DNA of 64,000 nucleotides from Acidimicrobiales bacterium (GCA_050330635.1 JBHJNQ010000015.1:93162-157161); one strand, 5' to 3'; positions 18,332 through 29,988 are shown, counted from the stretch's first letter. Notes: generated from the letters alone by a model not told the origin. Program-made: numbers and translations.

Positions 18332-18389
18332 CGCCGACCATCGCACCCACCCCCACCCGACCACCACACCTCTGACAGGAGCGAGACCC

Positions 18390-20171
18390 ATGACGCTCGA
18401 CGGGACCCGACTGAACGGGGGCCAGGCCCTCATCAAGAGTTTGGAGATGGAGGGCGTGGAGGTGATCTTCGGGTACCCGGGCGGCGCCATCCTCCCGGTC
18501 TACGACCCGATCATCGACTCGCCGATCCGCCATGTGCTCGTCCGCCACGAACAGGGCGCGGGTCACGCCGCCGAGGGCTACGCCCACGCCACCGGCCGCC
18601 CCGGGGTGTGCATGGTGACCAGCGGGCCGGCCGCCACCAACATCGTGACCCCGCTGGCCGACGCCTACCTCGACTCGGTCCCGATGGTCTGCATCACCGG
18701 TCAGGTGGCGATGGCGGCCATCGGCACCGACGCCTTCCAGGAGGTCGACACCACCGGCATCACGCGGTCGGTTACCAAGCACAACATGCTCGTCACCCGA
18801 GCCGAGGACATCCCCCGGGCCGTCAAGGAGGCGTTCCACATCGCCACCACTGGTCGTCCCGGGCCCGTCCTCGTCGACATCCCCAAGAACATCGTCGACG
18901 CCGGCAATCCCGACGCCTACTTCGAGTGGTCGTACCCGGACGGTGTCGACCTTCCCGGCTACAAGCCCGACACGACCCCTGACCGGGCGTCGATCGAGCG
19001 GTCGGTCGAGCTGATGGTGGCGGCCGAGCGACCCGTCCTCTACGTCGGGGGCGGCGTGCTCAAAGCGCGGGGGGCCGAGGCGTTGCGCCGGCTGGCCGAG
19101 TTGGGCAACATCCCCGTCGTCACCACCCTCATGGCTCGGGGGGCTTTCCCCGACAGCCACGAGCTCTGCCTCGGCATGCCGGGCATGCACGGCAACTACA
19201 CCGCCGTCACCGCCATCCAGCGGGCCGACCTCCTCATCGCCATGGGCAGCCGGTTCGACGACCGGGTCACCGGACGGGTCGGGTCGTTCGCCCCCGAGGC
19301 CAAGGTGATCCACGTCGACATCGACCCGGCCGAGCACGGCAAGGTCAGGACTCCCGACGTGTCGGTGGTCGGCGACTGCCGCCTGGCCATGGAGATGATG
19401 CTCGAGGCGCTGGCCACCCGGGGGGGAGGCGGCGCCTTCGCCGACCACACGCCGTGGCGTCAGCAGCTGTCGGGGTGGCAGGAGAAGTTCCCGCTGACCT
19501 ACGAGCAGAGCGGGCTCGGCGAGTACCTCAAGCCCCAGTTCGTGCTGGAGAAGCTGCGCGACGGCTGCCCGGACGACACGATCGTCACCTCCGGCGTCGG
19601 TCAGCACCAGATGTGGGCCAGCCAGTACTGGCAGTTCGACCACCCCTACACCTGGATCAACTCCGGGGGGCTCGGAACGATGGGGTTCTCCATCCCGGCC
19701 GCAATCGGGGCCAAGGCCGGCATGCCCGACCGCACCGTGTGGGCCGTCGACGGCGACGGCTGCTTCCAGATGACTGGCCAGGAGCTCGTGACCGCCAGCG
19801 TGGAGCGCATCCCGATCAAGGTCGCCCTCCTCAACAACGCCTACCTGGGCATGGTCCGCCAGTGGCAGGAGCTCTTCTACGACGAGCGCTACTCCGAGGT
19901 CCACCTCACCCACGACATGCCCGACTACGTGAAGTGGGCCGAGGCCATGGGGTGCGTCGCCTTCCGGGTCGAGGACCCCGACGAGGTCGAGCTGACGATC
20001 GCCAAGGCCAACGAGATCAACGACCGGCCCGTGGTGATCGAGTTCCGCTGCATCAGCTGGGAGAAGGTCTATCCGATGGTCGCCGCCGGTGGCTCCAACG
20101 ACGACATCATGGTCGACCCGTCCCAGAGCCACCTGCTCGACGCCCCCGGTGCCGCCGGCGCCACCGACTGA
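18390..20171 (+). CDS. ilvB: acetolactate synthase large subunit
   Basis: MTLDGTRLNGGQALIKSLEMEGVEVIFGYPGGAILP...; ThDP motif GGLGTMGFSIPAAIGAK...DGDGCFQM. AGGAG lies 8 nt upstream of the ATG. Confidence 0.95.
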   Translation: MTLDGTRLNGGQALIKSLEMEGVEVIFGYPGGAILPVYDPIIDSPIRHVLVRHEQGAGHAAEGYAHATGRPGVCMVTSGPAATNIVTPLADAYLDSVPMVCITGQVAMAAIGTDAFQEVDTTGITRSVTKHNMLVTRAEDIPRAVKEAFHIATTGRPGPVLVDIPKNIVDAGNPDAYFEWSYPDGVDLPGYKPDTTPDRASIERSVELMVAAERPVLYVGGGVLKARGAEALRRLAELGNIPVVTTLMARGAFPDSHELCLGMPGMHGNYTAVTAIQRADLLIAMGSRFDDRVTGRVGSFAPEAKVIHVDIDPAEHGKVRTPDVSVVGDCRLAMEMMLEALATRGGGGAFADHTPWRQQLSGWQEKFPLTYEQSGLGEYLKPQFVLEKLRDGCPDDTIVTSGVGQHQMWASQYWQFDHPYTWINSGGLGTMGFSIPAAIGAKAGMPDRTVWAVDGDGCFQMTGQELVTASVERIPIKVALLNNAYLGMVRQWQELFYDERYSEVHLTHDMPDYVKWAEAMGCVAFRVEDPDEVELTIAKANEINDRPVVIEFRCISWEKVYPMVAAGGSNDDIMVDPSQSHLLDAPGAAGATD

Positions 20172-20185
20172 CGAGGAGACCCGAG

Positions 20186-21864
<1,679 letters not shown>

Positions 21865-21890
21865 GCGGTTGCCGTCGCTACGGTGATCCG

Positions 21891-22418
21891 ATGGCTTTCA
21901 CCCCGATCGTCGGCACCCTGGCCTACCTGTGGGACACCGAGCGCGACCGGGTGCTGCTGGTGCGACGCAACGCCCGGGTCGACGACGACCACTTCGGCAA
22001 GGTCAACGGTTTGGGAGGCAAGCTGGAGCCCGACGAGAGCGTCGTGGCCGGGGTCCGGCGCGAGATCGCCGAGGAGACCGGCCTCCCGCTCACCGACCTG
22101 CGGTTGAGGGGCACGATCACCTGGACCGACTTCGGGCCCAACCGGGAGGCCTGGCTCGGTTTCGTGTTCCTCGTCACCGGCTGGCTGGGTGAGCCGCCCG
22201 AGGCCAACGACGAAGGGACCCTTGAGTGGATCGAGCGGGCCCGACTCCTGGCCGCCTGCAGCGACGACGAGGCCGAACGGGCCGCCGCCGACCTACCGAT
22301 GTGGGCCGGCGACCGACACTTCGTACCCCTGGTTTTCGACGACGATCCCCGTCCCTTCCACGGCACCATGCCCTACGACGGGGACCGCCCCCTCGCCTGG
22401 TCCTACGAGCGACTGTGA
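21891..22418 (+). CDS. NUDIX hydrolase
   Basis: Nudix box GGKLEPDESVVAGVRREIAEETGL. Confidence 0.8.
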   Translation: MAFTPIVGTLAYLWDTERDRVLLVRRNARVDDDHFGKVNGLGGKLEPDESVVAGVRREIAEETGLPLTDLRLRGTITWTDFGPNREAWLGFVFLVTGWLGEPPEANDEGTLEWIERARLLAACSDDEAERAAADLPMWAGDRHFVPLVFDDDPRPFHGTMPYDGDRPLAWSYERL

Positions 22419-22447
22419 CGGGGCCGCCGAACTGGGGCGGCGCGGCG

Positions 22448-24043
22448 TCAACGGTCGACCGTTCGTCCCGGTCGCTCGACGCCGAGGGTGGCACACACCT
22501 CGGCCATCCCGGGATCGTCGGCCAGGTCGTCGGCCCGCCGGACCATGGCCAGCGTCGTGCGTCGGCGGAGGAAGTCGTCGAGGTGCACGATCATCTCCCG
22601 GTCGGCGAACAGGGGGAGTTCGCCTCGGAGCACGTCGCTCCCGGTCAGGATCGGCTCCCCCGCCCGGGGGTCGACGGCCACCGCGTCGATCACGCGGTGG
22701 GCCGCCGGGCCGTGGCGACGCCACAGCCCGGCCGCCACCGACGGCTCCCGCTCGGCGAGGGGGGGGCGGTCGAGACCGACGGTGCCGGCGGCGGCGAGGA
22801 ACGCCTCCCGGTCCGTGGCCGGTGCCTCGCCGTACCAGCCGTCGTGGGCTGGTCCGACGGCTACCCCGAGGTCGGCCACCGCCTCCACCACCTCCTCCCC
22901 CACGTTGAGACAGTCGGTGAGCTTGCCACCGAAGATCGTGACCACCGAGCGGGGTCGGTCGCTCTCGATCTCGTGCTTCCGGGAGAGCGACGTCCAGTCG
23001 GTCGTGGTCCGGTCGTCGCCGTCGTCGAGCACGACGAGGGGCCGCACCCCGCATCGCTCGGCGATGATGTCGTCGAACCCGAGGGGGGCGGCCAGGTCGA
23101 GCCGGGCGTTGATCTGGTCGAGGAGGAAGGTGCGGTCGGCGTCCGTCACCGGCTCGTCGGGGATGTCGGTCCTGGTGTCGGTGGTGCCGATGACCGAGCG
23201 GTCGGCCATGGGGATCACGTAGAACAACCGGCCGGTGTCATCGAAGAAGGCGAGGACCCGCTCGGACGGGGTGAGCGAGGGCACGACGAGATGGATGCCC
23301 TTGGAGTAGACGATGCGGTGGGTGGTGGCGACCCCCAGCGAGCGGTTGAGCGGATCGACCAGGGGCCCGGCGGCGTTCACGACGACCCTCGCCGTGGCCC
23401 GGAAACGGGCCCCGCCGACGAGGTCGTGGAGTTCGAGCTGCCACCGCCCGTGGTGTCGGGATGCCCCCTCGAGGGCGACGTAGTTGGCTGCGATGGCGCC
23501 GTGATCGAGGGCGGAGCGGACGAAGCCCCACACGAAGCGGGCGTCGTTGTCCTTTAGGTAGGCGTCGCCGTACTCGAGGCCGGCCGAGGCGGTCGAGGTG
23601 TCGACCACCGGCTCGAGCCGCTCGATCGAGGAGGGCCGGAGGTAGCGGGGGCGGCCGGTGGCGAACCGCCCGAGACCCCAGTACGCCCACGCTCCGGCCG
23701 CCGCCAGCAGCGGAGGGAACGGTGCCGACTCGTCGAGGGTGGCGAGGAACCGGAGCTGCCCGATGGCCGACGGGTAGGCCCGGAGCAGGCGGTTGCGGGA
23801 GGCGGCGAGCTTCCACACCAGGCCGAGTTCGTAGTTCTCGAGGTACTTGAAGCCGCCCCACACTAGGTTCGACGACTCCTGACTGGTGACGGCGGCGAAG
23901 TCACCACGGTCGACGAGCGCCACCGGCACCCCGCGGCCGGCGAGGGCCGCCGCCGACACGGCCCCGTTGATGCCGCCCCCGACGACGAACACGTCGACAT
24001 CGGCGCCATCGAGGGCGCGGAGGTTGTCGGCGCGGAGAACCAC
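22448..24043 (-). CDS. glpD: FAD-dependent glycerol-3-phosphate dehydrogenase
   Basis: DVFVVGGGINGAVSAAALAGRG, SQESSNLVWGGFKYL, and a C-terminal GlpD-type domain. Start assigned to the GTG at 24043. The upstream part of ORF 22448..24652 is antisense to the crotonase gene. Confidence 0.85.
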   Translation of the reverse strand: MVLRADNLRALDGADVDVFVVGGGINGAVSAAALAGRGVPVALVDRGDFAAVTSQESSNLVWGGFKYLENYELGLVWKLAASRNRLLRAYPSAIGQLRFLATLDESAPFPPLLAAAGAWAYWGLGRFATGRPRYLRPSSIERLEPVVDTSTASAGLEYGDAYLKDNDARFVWGFVRSALDHGAIAANYVALEGASRHHGRWQLELHDLVGGARFRATARVVVNAAGPLVDPLNRSLGVATTHRIVYSKGIHLVVPSLTPSERVLAFFDDTGRLFYVIPMADRSVIGTTDTRTDIPDEPVTDADRTFLLDQINARLDLAAPLGFDDIIAERCGVRPLVVLDDGDDRTTTDWTSLSRKHEIESDRPRSVVTIFGGKLTDCLNVGEEVVEAVADLGVAVGPAHDGWYGEAPATDREAFLAAAGTVGLDRPPLAEREPSVAAGLWRRHGPAAHRVIDAVAVDPRAGEPILTGSDVLRGELPLFADREMIVHLDDFLRRRTTLAMVRRADDLADDPGMAEVCATLGVERPGRTVDR

Positions 24044-24215
24044 CGCCGCAACGGTAGCAATGTCCGTCGCGGTGTCGGGTACCTGACCGATCGGGGTGAC
24101 GGTGCGGCGAGGGTGACAGGATGGGGGTGACCGGGCGGTGGCCGGTGGGCTACGGTCCGCTCGTCGGTCCTGGGCTGGGACCGCGCCCCGATCGACCGGA
24201 CCAAGGAGCAACACC

Positions 24216-25001
24216 ATGGGTGAGTTCGTACACCTGGAGGCCTCGCGGGCGGACGGCGTCGCCATCATGCGCCTCGACCGGCCGAAGGTGAACGCCCTCA
24301 ACCAGCAGGTCAGCGAGGAGCTACTGGAGACGGCCAACGAGCTGAAGGGTCGCGATGACGTCCGAGCCGTCGTGCTGTGGGGCGGGCCCCGGATGTTCGC
24401 CGCCGGGGCCGACATCGCCGCCTTCCCCGTCAACGAGGGCCACCGTGACCCGTCGGCCATGGTCGACGTGCTCAACGAGGCCATCTTCACCATCGAGAAC
24501 CTGCCCCAGATCACGGTGGCGGCCGTCAACGGTTTCGCCCTCGGGGGTGGGTGCGAGCTTTCGATGAGCACCGACTTCCGGATCTGCGGTGAGAGCGCCC
24601 AGTTCGGCCAGCCCGAGATCCTGCTCGGCATCATCCCCGGCGGAGGCGGCACCCAGCGTCTGACCCGTCTCGTCGGGGTGACGAAGTCGAAGGAGATCAG
24701 TTACTCCGGGCGGATGGTCCCGGCGGCCGAGGCGTTGGAGATCGGCCTGGTGTCGGCGGTGCACGCCGACGACGAGGTGCTCGACGCCGCCATCGACTTC
24801 GTCGAGCCGTACACCCGGGGCCCGGCCGCCCTGGTCAACGTGAAGCGGGCCATCATGGACGGCCTCCACGTCTCGCTGGCCGAGGCGGTCGCCATCGAGC
24901 GGCGGGAGTTCATCGCCGCCTTCCAGACCGACGACGCCGTCACCGGCATCACCAGCTTCCTCGAGAACGGGCCGGGCAAGGCGACGTTCACCGGGCGCTG
25001 A
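24216..25001 (+). CDS. enoyl-CoA hydratase (crotonase family)
   Basis: MRLDRPKVNALN, MFAAGADI, AAVNGFALGGGCELSMSTDFR. AAGGAG lies upstream of the ATG. Confidence 0.9.
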   Translation: MGEFVHLEASRADGVAIMRLDRPKVNALNQQVSEELLETANELKGRDDVRAVVLWGGPRMFAAGADIAAFPVNEGHRDPSAMVDVLNEAIFTIENLPQITVAAVNGFALGGGCELSMSTDFRICGESAQFGQPEILLGIIPGGGGTQRLTRLVGVTKSKEISYSGRMVPAAEALEIGLVSAVHADDEVLDAAIDFVEPYTRGPAALVNVKRAIMDGLHVSLAEAVAIERREFIAAFQTDDAVTGITSFLENGPGKATFTGR

Positions 25002-25013
25002 CCCGGGCCGGCC

Positions 25014-25982
25014 ATGGTGCTCCGCCTGGATCTGGTCACCCTCGTCGTCGACGACCACGACGAGGCGATCTCGTTCTTCGTCGACGCCGTCGGCTTCGAG
25101 CTGGTCGAGGACAGCCCCGCCACGTCGACGGTGAGCGGCGGGCCGAAGCGGTGGGTGGTGGTCCGCCCGCCCGGCGGCGGAACCGGCCTGCTCCTGGCCC
25201 GGGCGGCCGACGACGTACAGCGGGCCGCCATCGGTCACCACGCCGGGGGCCGGGTGGGGCTGTTCCTCCACACCGACGACTTCGACGCCCAGCACCGGCG
25301 GATGGCGGAGGCCGGTGTCCGGTTCGTCGACGGACCCCGCGACGAGCCCTGTGGAACCGTGGCGGTGTGGGAGGACCTGTGCGGCAACCGGTGGGACCTC
25401 ATCGGCCCCGGCCCTACCAACGCCGCCTCCGCCGACGAGGCGGGCCACTACCCGCCACCGGGTGAGATCGGCGAGATCTTGCTCACGGCGGAGCAGATCG
25501 CCGGCCGGGTGGCCGAGCTGGGGGCCGCCATCGCCGCCGACCACCTGGGACGCGCCCCCCTGCTGGTGGCGGTGCTGAAGGGCAGCCTCATGTTCGTGGC
25601 CGACCTGTTGCGGGCCATCCCCGGCCCGGCCGAGGTCGACTTCCTCGCCGTCTCCTCCTACGGGGCGGCGACCAAGAGCAGTGGGGTGGTCCGCATCGTC
25701 AAGGACCTCGATCGCGATCTGGCGGGCCGCGACGTCGTCCTGGTCGAGGACATCGTCGACTCCGGGCTGACGATGCGGTACCTGCTCGACCACCTCGGCC
25801 GCCAGGGTCCCGCCAGCCTCCGGACGTGTACCCTGTTGCGGCGGGAGGGCGACCACACCAGTGATCTGGCGATCGACTACGTCGGCTTCCGCCTGCCCCC
25901 GGCCTTCGTCGTCGGCTACGGGCTCGACGTCGACCAGCGCTACCGCAACCTCCCCTACATCGCCAACTACACCGGTCCCTGA
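25014..25982 (+). CDS. hpt: VOC (glyoxalase-like) domain fused to hypoxanthine phosphoribosyltransferase
   Basis: - Residues 1-125: VOC (LDLVTLVVDDHDEAISFFVDAVGFELVED...GNRWDLI).
- Residues about 150-322: HPRT (LLVAVLKGSLMFVADLLRAI...DFLAVSSYG...VVLVEDIVDSGLTMRYL).
- It is one uninterrupted ORF. Confidence 0.8.
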   Translation: MVLRLDLVTLVVDDHDEAISFFVDAVGFELVEDSPATSTVSGGPKRWVVVRPPGGGTGLLLARAADDVQRAAIGHHAGGRVGLFLHTDDFDAQHRRMAEAGVRFVDGPRDEPCGTVAVWEDLCGNRWDLIGPGPTNAASADEAGHYPPPGEIGEILLTAEQIAGRVAELGAAIAADHLGRAPLLVAVLKGSLMFVADLLRAIPGPAEVDFLAVSSYGAATKSSGVVRIVKDLDRDLAGRDVVLVEDIVDSGLTMRYLLDHLGRQGPASLRTCTLLRREGDHTSDLAIDYVGFRLPPAFVVGYGLDVDQRYRNLPYIANYTGP

Positions 25983-26265
25983 ACGGCGACGCGAGGGCGC
26001 AGCGTCGCGCCCACGGGGGAAGCGCGATAGCGCGCCCCCACGGTGTTCTCGGTTGCGTTATCGACTCCAGGAGTTGACAGCGCAACGGAGATCGGCCGAT
26101 GTCGCGCCATCGCGTCGCCGCCCGCGTCGCGTTGTCCCGGTCGCTGGAGGGGCACGGGGCGCCGTGGTTGGCCCGAGCGGGCACCGCCGTACAACCTCGC
26201 AGCGTTGTCCGGTCGGGCGGTCGTTAGGCTGACCGCTCACGTTCACTCAGGAGGGACATCACCAC

Positions 26266-27588
26266 ATGGCCACCGATGCTTGGGGATTCGAGACCCGTCA
26301 GATCCACGCCGGACAGGAGCCCGATTCGGCCACCGGGGCCCGGGCCGTGCCGATCTACCAGACCACGGCGTACCAGTTCCGCGACTCCGAGCACGCCGCC
26401 AACCTGTTCGCCCTGGCCGAGCCGGGCAACATCTACACCCGGATCATGAACCCCACCCAGTCGGTCGCCGAGGTCCGCATCGCCGCCCTGGAGAATGGGC
26501 TGTCGGAGACGGCGGCCGGGGTTCCCGGCGGGTTGTTCGTGGCGTCGGGTCAGGCGGCCGAGACCATGGCGATCCTCAACCTGGCCGAGTCCGGGTCGCA
26601 CATCGTGGCCGGCGCCGCCCTCTACGGGGGTACGTACAACCTGCTCCACTACACCCTGCCGAAGCTCGGCATCGAGACGACGTTCGTCAACGACGTCGAC
26701 GACCTCGACGCCTGGCGGGCGGCGGTTCGTCCCAACACCAAGGCGTTCTACGGCGAGACCATCGGCAACCCCATGAACAACATCCTCGATCTCGAGGGCG
26801 TGGCCGGGGTGGCCCACGACGCCGGGGTGCCGCTCATCATCGACAACACCGTCGCCACCCCCTACCTGATCCGTCCGCTCGAGTGGGGGGCCGACATCGT
26901 CGTCCATTCCGCCACCAAGTTCCTCAGCGGCCACGGCACCGCCATCGCCGGCGCCATCATCGACGGTGGCTCGTTCGAGTTCAGCGACGCCGAGCGCTAC
27001 CCCAACTTCAACGAGCCCGATCCCAGCTACCACGGCCTGAACTACTGGCCGGCACTGGGGGCCGGCTCCTACATCGCCAAGGCCCGGATCCAGCTGCTGC
27101 GTGACATGGGTGCCTCCATCAGCCCGTTCAACTCGTTCCTCGTGCTGCAGGGCCTCGAGACGCTGTCGTTGCGGATGGAGCGCCACGTCCAGAACGCCCA
27201 GGTCGTGGCCGAGTGGCTGGCGGCCCGCGACGAGGTGGAGCGCGTGTTCTACGCCGGCCTTGCCTCGTCGCCGTGGTACGAGGCGGCCCAGAAGTACACC
27301 CAGGGTCGGGGAGCCGGGTCGGTGCCGGCCTTCATCATCAAGGGTGGCCGCGAGGCCGGGCGCCGCTTCGTCGACGCCCTCGAGCTCCACAGCCACGTCG
27401 CCAACATCGGTGACGTCCGCTCACTGGTGATCCACCCGGCGTCGACCACCCACAGCCAGCTCACCGAGGAGGAGCAGCTGACCACCGGGGTGGAGCCGGG
27501 CCTGGTCCGGCTCTCGGTCGGGCTGGAGTCGATCGATGACATCCTGGCCGACCTCGAGACGGGTTTCCGGGCGGCCAAATCGGCCTGA
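26266..27588 (+). CDS. metY: O-acetylhomoserine sulfhydrylase (aminocarboxypropyltransferase)
   Basis: GFETRQIHAGQEPD..TGARAVPIYQTTAYQF, NIYTRIMNPTQ, SATKFLSGHG (PLP Lys). Confidence 0.9.
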   Translation: MATDAWGFETRQIHAGQEPDSATGARAVPIYQTTAYQFRDSEHAANLFALAEPGNIYTRIMNPTQSVAEVRIAALENGLSETAAGVPGGLFVASGQAAETMAILNLAESGSHIVAGAALYGGTYNLLHYTLPKLGIETTFVNDVDDLDAWRAAVRPNTKAFYGETIGNPMNNILDLEGVAGVAHDAGVPLIIDNTVATPYLIRPLEWGADIVVHSATKFLSGHGTAIAGAIIDGGSFEFSDAERYPNFNEPDPSYHGLNYWPALGAGSYIAKARIQLLRDMGASISPFNSFLVLQGLETLSLRMERHVQNAQVVAEWLAARDEVERVFYAGLASSPWYEAAQKYTQGRGAGSVPAFIIKGGREAGRRFVDALELHSHVANIGDVRSLVIHPASTTHSQLTEEEQLTTGVEPGLVRLSVGLESIDDILADLETGFRAAKSA

Positions 27589-27604
27589 CGCTTATAGGGT
27601 GAAC

Positions 27605-27632
27605 GACCGGTCGCCCCGGGAGGCGACCGGTC
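27605..27632 (+). terminator. perfect 11-bp stem hairpin after metY
   Basis: GACCGGTCGCC-ccggga-GGCGACCGGTC, 17 nt after the metY stop. No U tract. It sits 20 nt upstream of the next gene, so it may act as a processing or attenuating structure instead. Confidence 0.4.
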
Positions 27633-27652
27633 CGACAACCGAGGAGTGACCC

Positions 27653-28213
27653 GTGCCCGATTGCCCCGCCCCCGATGGTTCGAGCCCCCGCCAGACGTCG
27701 TTCGACGGGCCGTTCGACATGTGCATCGATCCGGCGAAGTCGTACACGGCCGAGATGGTGACGAACTACGGCACCCTGACGATCGCCCTCGACCCGATCG
27801 CCGCCCCGAAGACGGTCAACAACTTCGTGTCGCTGGCCCGCTACCACTACTACGACGGCCTGACCTTCCATCGGGTCATCCAGGGGTTCGTGCTCCAGGG
27901 CGGCTGCCCCGAGGGAAGCGGCCGGGGCGGCCCCGGCTACCGCTTCGAGGACGAGCTGCCCAAGCCGGGCCGCTACGAGCTGGGGTCGCTGGCCATGGCC
28001 AACGCCGGCCCCAACACCAACGGCAGCCAGTTCTTCGTCATCAGCGGCCCCAGCGGGGTCGGCCTGCCGCCCCAGTACTCGCTGTTCGGCAAGGTGGTCA
28101 AGGGCCTGGAGCACGTCGACGTGATGGAGAAGGTCCCGACGGGGCCCGGCGACAAGCCGGTCGACCCCATGAGGATCGAATCGGTCACCGTCACCGAGTC
28201 CGATCCGGCCTGA
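27653..28213 (+). CDS. peptidyl-prolyl cis-trans isomerase (cyclophilin type)
   Basis: APKTVNNFVSLARYHYYDGLTFHRVIQGFVLQGG...LAMANAGPNTNGSQFFV. Confidence 0.9.
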   Translation: MPDCPAPDGSSPRQTSFDGPFDMCIDPAKSYTAEMVTNYGTLTIALDPIAAPKTVNNFVSLARYHYYDGLTFHRVIQGFVLQGGCPEGSGRGGPGYRFEDELPKPGRYELGSLAMANAGPNTNGSQFFVISGPSGVGLPPQYSLFGKVVKGLEHVDVMEKVPTGPGDKPVDPMRIESVTVTESDPA

Positions 28214-28251
28214 CCCCGACCCGACGCGGGGTCCCGTCCTACACTGGCCGG

Positions 28252-29235
28252 GTGGACGACATACTCGACGTCGACCTGCTGGCCTTCGAGGGCGGCGACG
28301 ACCACCGCCGGGGGGCGGTGGTCGACGGGGTCATGCGCAGCCTGGCCACCGGATTCGTCTACACCAGCCACGACCTGAGCGAGGACCTGCTCGACACGGC
28401 CTACGGCATGCTCGAGCAGTTCTTCTCGCTGCCTCTCGAACGCAAGCAGACGGCGGCCGTGCCCGGAACCAACGGTCAGGTCGGCTACACCGGGCTGATG
28501 GTGGAGACGGCGGCGTCGAGCGAAACACCCGACTGGAAGGAGATGCTGAACTGGGGGGCCCGGATCCCCGACGGGCATCCGCTGCAGCGCAAGTACCCCT
28601 ACCGCTACCACGGGCCCCGGCTCCCCGACGACCTCGTCCCGGGGATCACCGAGGTGCTGCTGCGGTTCTATGACCGGGTGCTCGAGCTGCAACGCCGGTT
28701 CCTCCGGATCATCGCCGTCGGCATCGGGTGCCACGAGTCGTTCTTCGACCGGATGACCACGAACGGGACGACCCTGTGCCGGGCCATCCACTACCCGGCG
28801 ATGGAGCTGGCTCCTGGCGACCGGCACGTGTGGGCGGCCGAGCACGGCGATATCAACCTGATCACGGCCCTGCCCCGGGCCACCGCCCGTGGTCTGCAGG
28901 TACGGGTCGGCGACGGTGACGGCGACGGCTGCCGCTGGATCGACGCCATCCCTCCCGACGACCGGGTGATAATCAACACCGGCATCATGTTGGAGCACCT
29001 GACGAACGGGGCCATCCCGCAGGGTATCCACCGGGTCGTTGCCGATCCGGCCCAGCCCGGCGAACGCTACTCGGTCGTCCAGTTCTGTCATCCCACGCCG
29101 TGGACGATCCTGGCCCCCGTGGCCTCGTGCGTCGGCCCCGAGCAGCCCCAGCGTTTCGCCCCGATCGAGGCCGGCGATCTGCTCGACCAGGTCCTGTTCG
29201 AGATCAATCTGGTGGAAGACGCCCGCCGCCTCTGA
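28252..29235 (+). CDS. 2-oxoglutarate/Fe(II)-dependent oxygenase (isopenicillin N synthase-like family)
   Basis: GFVYTSHDL...; HxD...H pattern ([12 protein letters not shown] ... GIHRV). GTG start at 28252. Confidence 0.75.
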   Translation: MDDILDVDLLAFEGGDDHRRGAVVDGVMRSLATGFVYTSHDLSEDLLDTAYGMLEQFFSLPLERKQTAAVPGTNGQVGYTGLMVETAASSETPDWKEMLNWGARIPDGHPLQRKYPYRYHGPRLPDDLVPGITEVLLRFYDRVLELQRRFLRIIAVGIGCHESFFDRMTTNGTTLCRAIHYPAMELAPGDRHVWAAEHGDINLITALPRATARGLQVRVGDGDGDGCRWIDAIPPDDRVIINTGIMLEHLTNGAIPQGIHRVVADPAQPGERYSVVQFCHPTPWTILAPVASCVGPEQPQRFAPIEAGDLLDQVLFEINLVEDARRL

Positions 29236-29281
29236 CGTTGTCGCAGAGGTGGGCGCAGACCCATCCGTGGAAGGAGCCAAG

Positions 29282-29686
29282 ATGACGAAGAAGAGTTTCA
29301 CGGTCGAGGAGCTGAAGGAGCGCCTCACCCCCGAGCAGTTCGAGGTGACCCAGAACGCCGGAACCGAGCGGGCGTTCACCGGGGTCTACAACGACACCAA
29401 GGAGGAGGGCATCTATCGGTGCATCGTCTGCGACGAGGCCCTGTTCGACTCCGAGACGAAATACGAGTCCGGGTCGGGGTGGCCGAGCTTCTACCAGCCG
29501 ATCGACCCGTCGAAGGTCGAGCTCCACGAGGACCGCACCTACGGCATGGTTCGCACCGAGGTCACCTGCGCCACCTGCGGGGCCCATCTCGGTCACGTCT
29601 TCCCCGACGGGCCGCGACCCACCGGTGACCGGTTCTGCATGAACTCGGCCTCCCTCAACCTCGACCCGGTCGCCGACGACGACTGA
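29282..29686 (+). CDS. msrB: peptide-methionine (R)-S-oxide reductase
   Basis: [53 protein letters not shown] lies upstream. Confidence 0.95.
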   Translation: MTKKSFTVEELKERLTPEQFEVTQNAGTERAFTGVYNDTKEEGIYRCIVCDEALFDSETKYESGSGWPSFYQPIDPSKVELHEDRTYGMVRTEVTCATCGAHLGHVFPDGPRPTGDRFCMNSASLNLDPVADDD

Positions 29687-29988
29687 TCCACCCGTCCGGG
29701 GCCGGCGATGCCCCGTTCGAGGGTTTTTCCCGACCCCATGGCACGCGGTTGGCACACGTGTTCGCACTTGCCCGTCGGCCTCATTGGCCAGTGCGGGTGC
29801 GCTACCCGCTGGTCACCTCGGCCATCGACAGCCACCGCCATGGGTGCGGACGGCTGTCAAGATGCTCTACGGTTGTGTCCCGGAGCGGGCGTTCCGCCCG
29901 AGCACAGGCGTGCACGACTAAGTAGCGCATCCGGGTCACTCGGGCCGACTTCCCTGGCACGATGGCCGCGGAAAGGTTGCTTCGGTCG

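Noticed and set aside
17481-20132. 883-aa minus-strand ORF, and similar long ORFs at 10615..12819, 15537..17417, 24321..25856, 30057..32015, 40945..42654, 42549..44654 and 46818..48767.
   Set aside because: They lie antisense to genes with unmistakable motifs (ilvB, kinase, hydrolases, crotonase/hpt, lacI/aminotransferase, serA, SDR/cysQ). They translate to Arg/Gly/Pro/Asp-rich low-complexity sequence. This is the usual stop-codon-poor antisense artefact of 70% GC DNA.
25983-26265. Calling the metY leader an S-box or SAM-IV riboswitch.
   Set aside because: I could not find the conserved cores by eye, such as GAGGGA...GGCCC...GCAACC for SAM-I or AGCCCCGGCU...GGCAACCC for SAM-IV. It is kept only as an unassigned leader in the findings.
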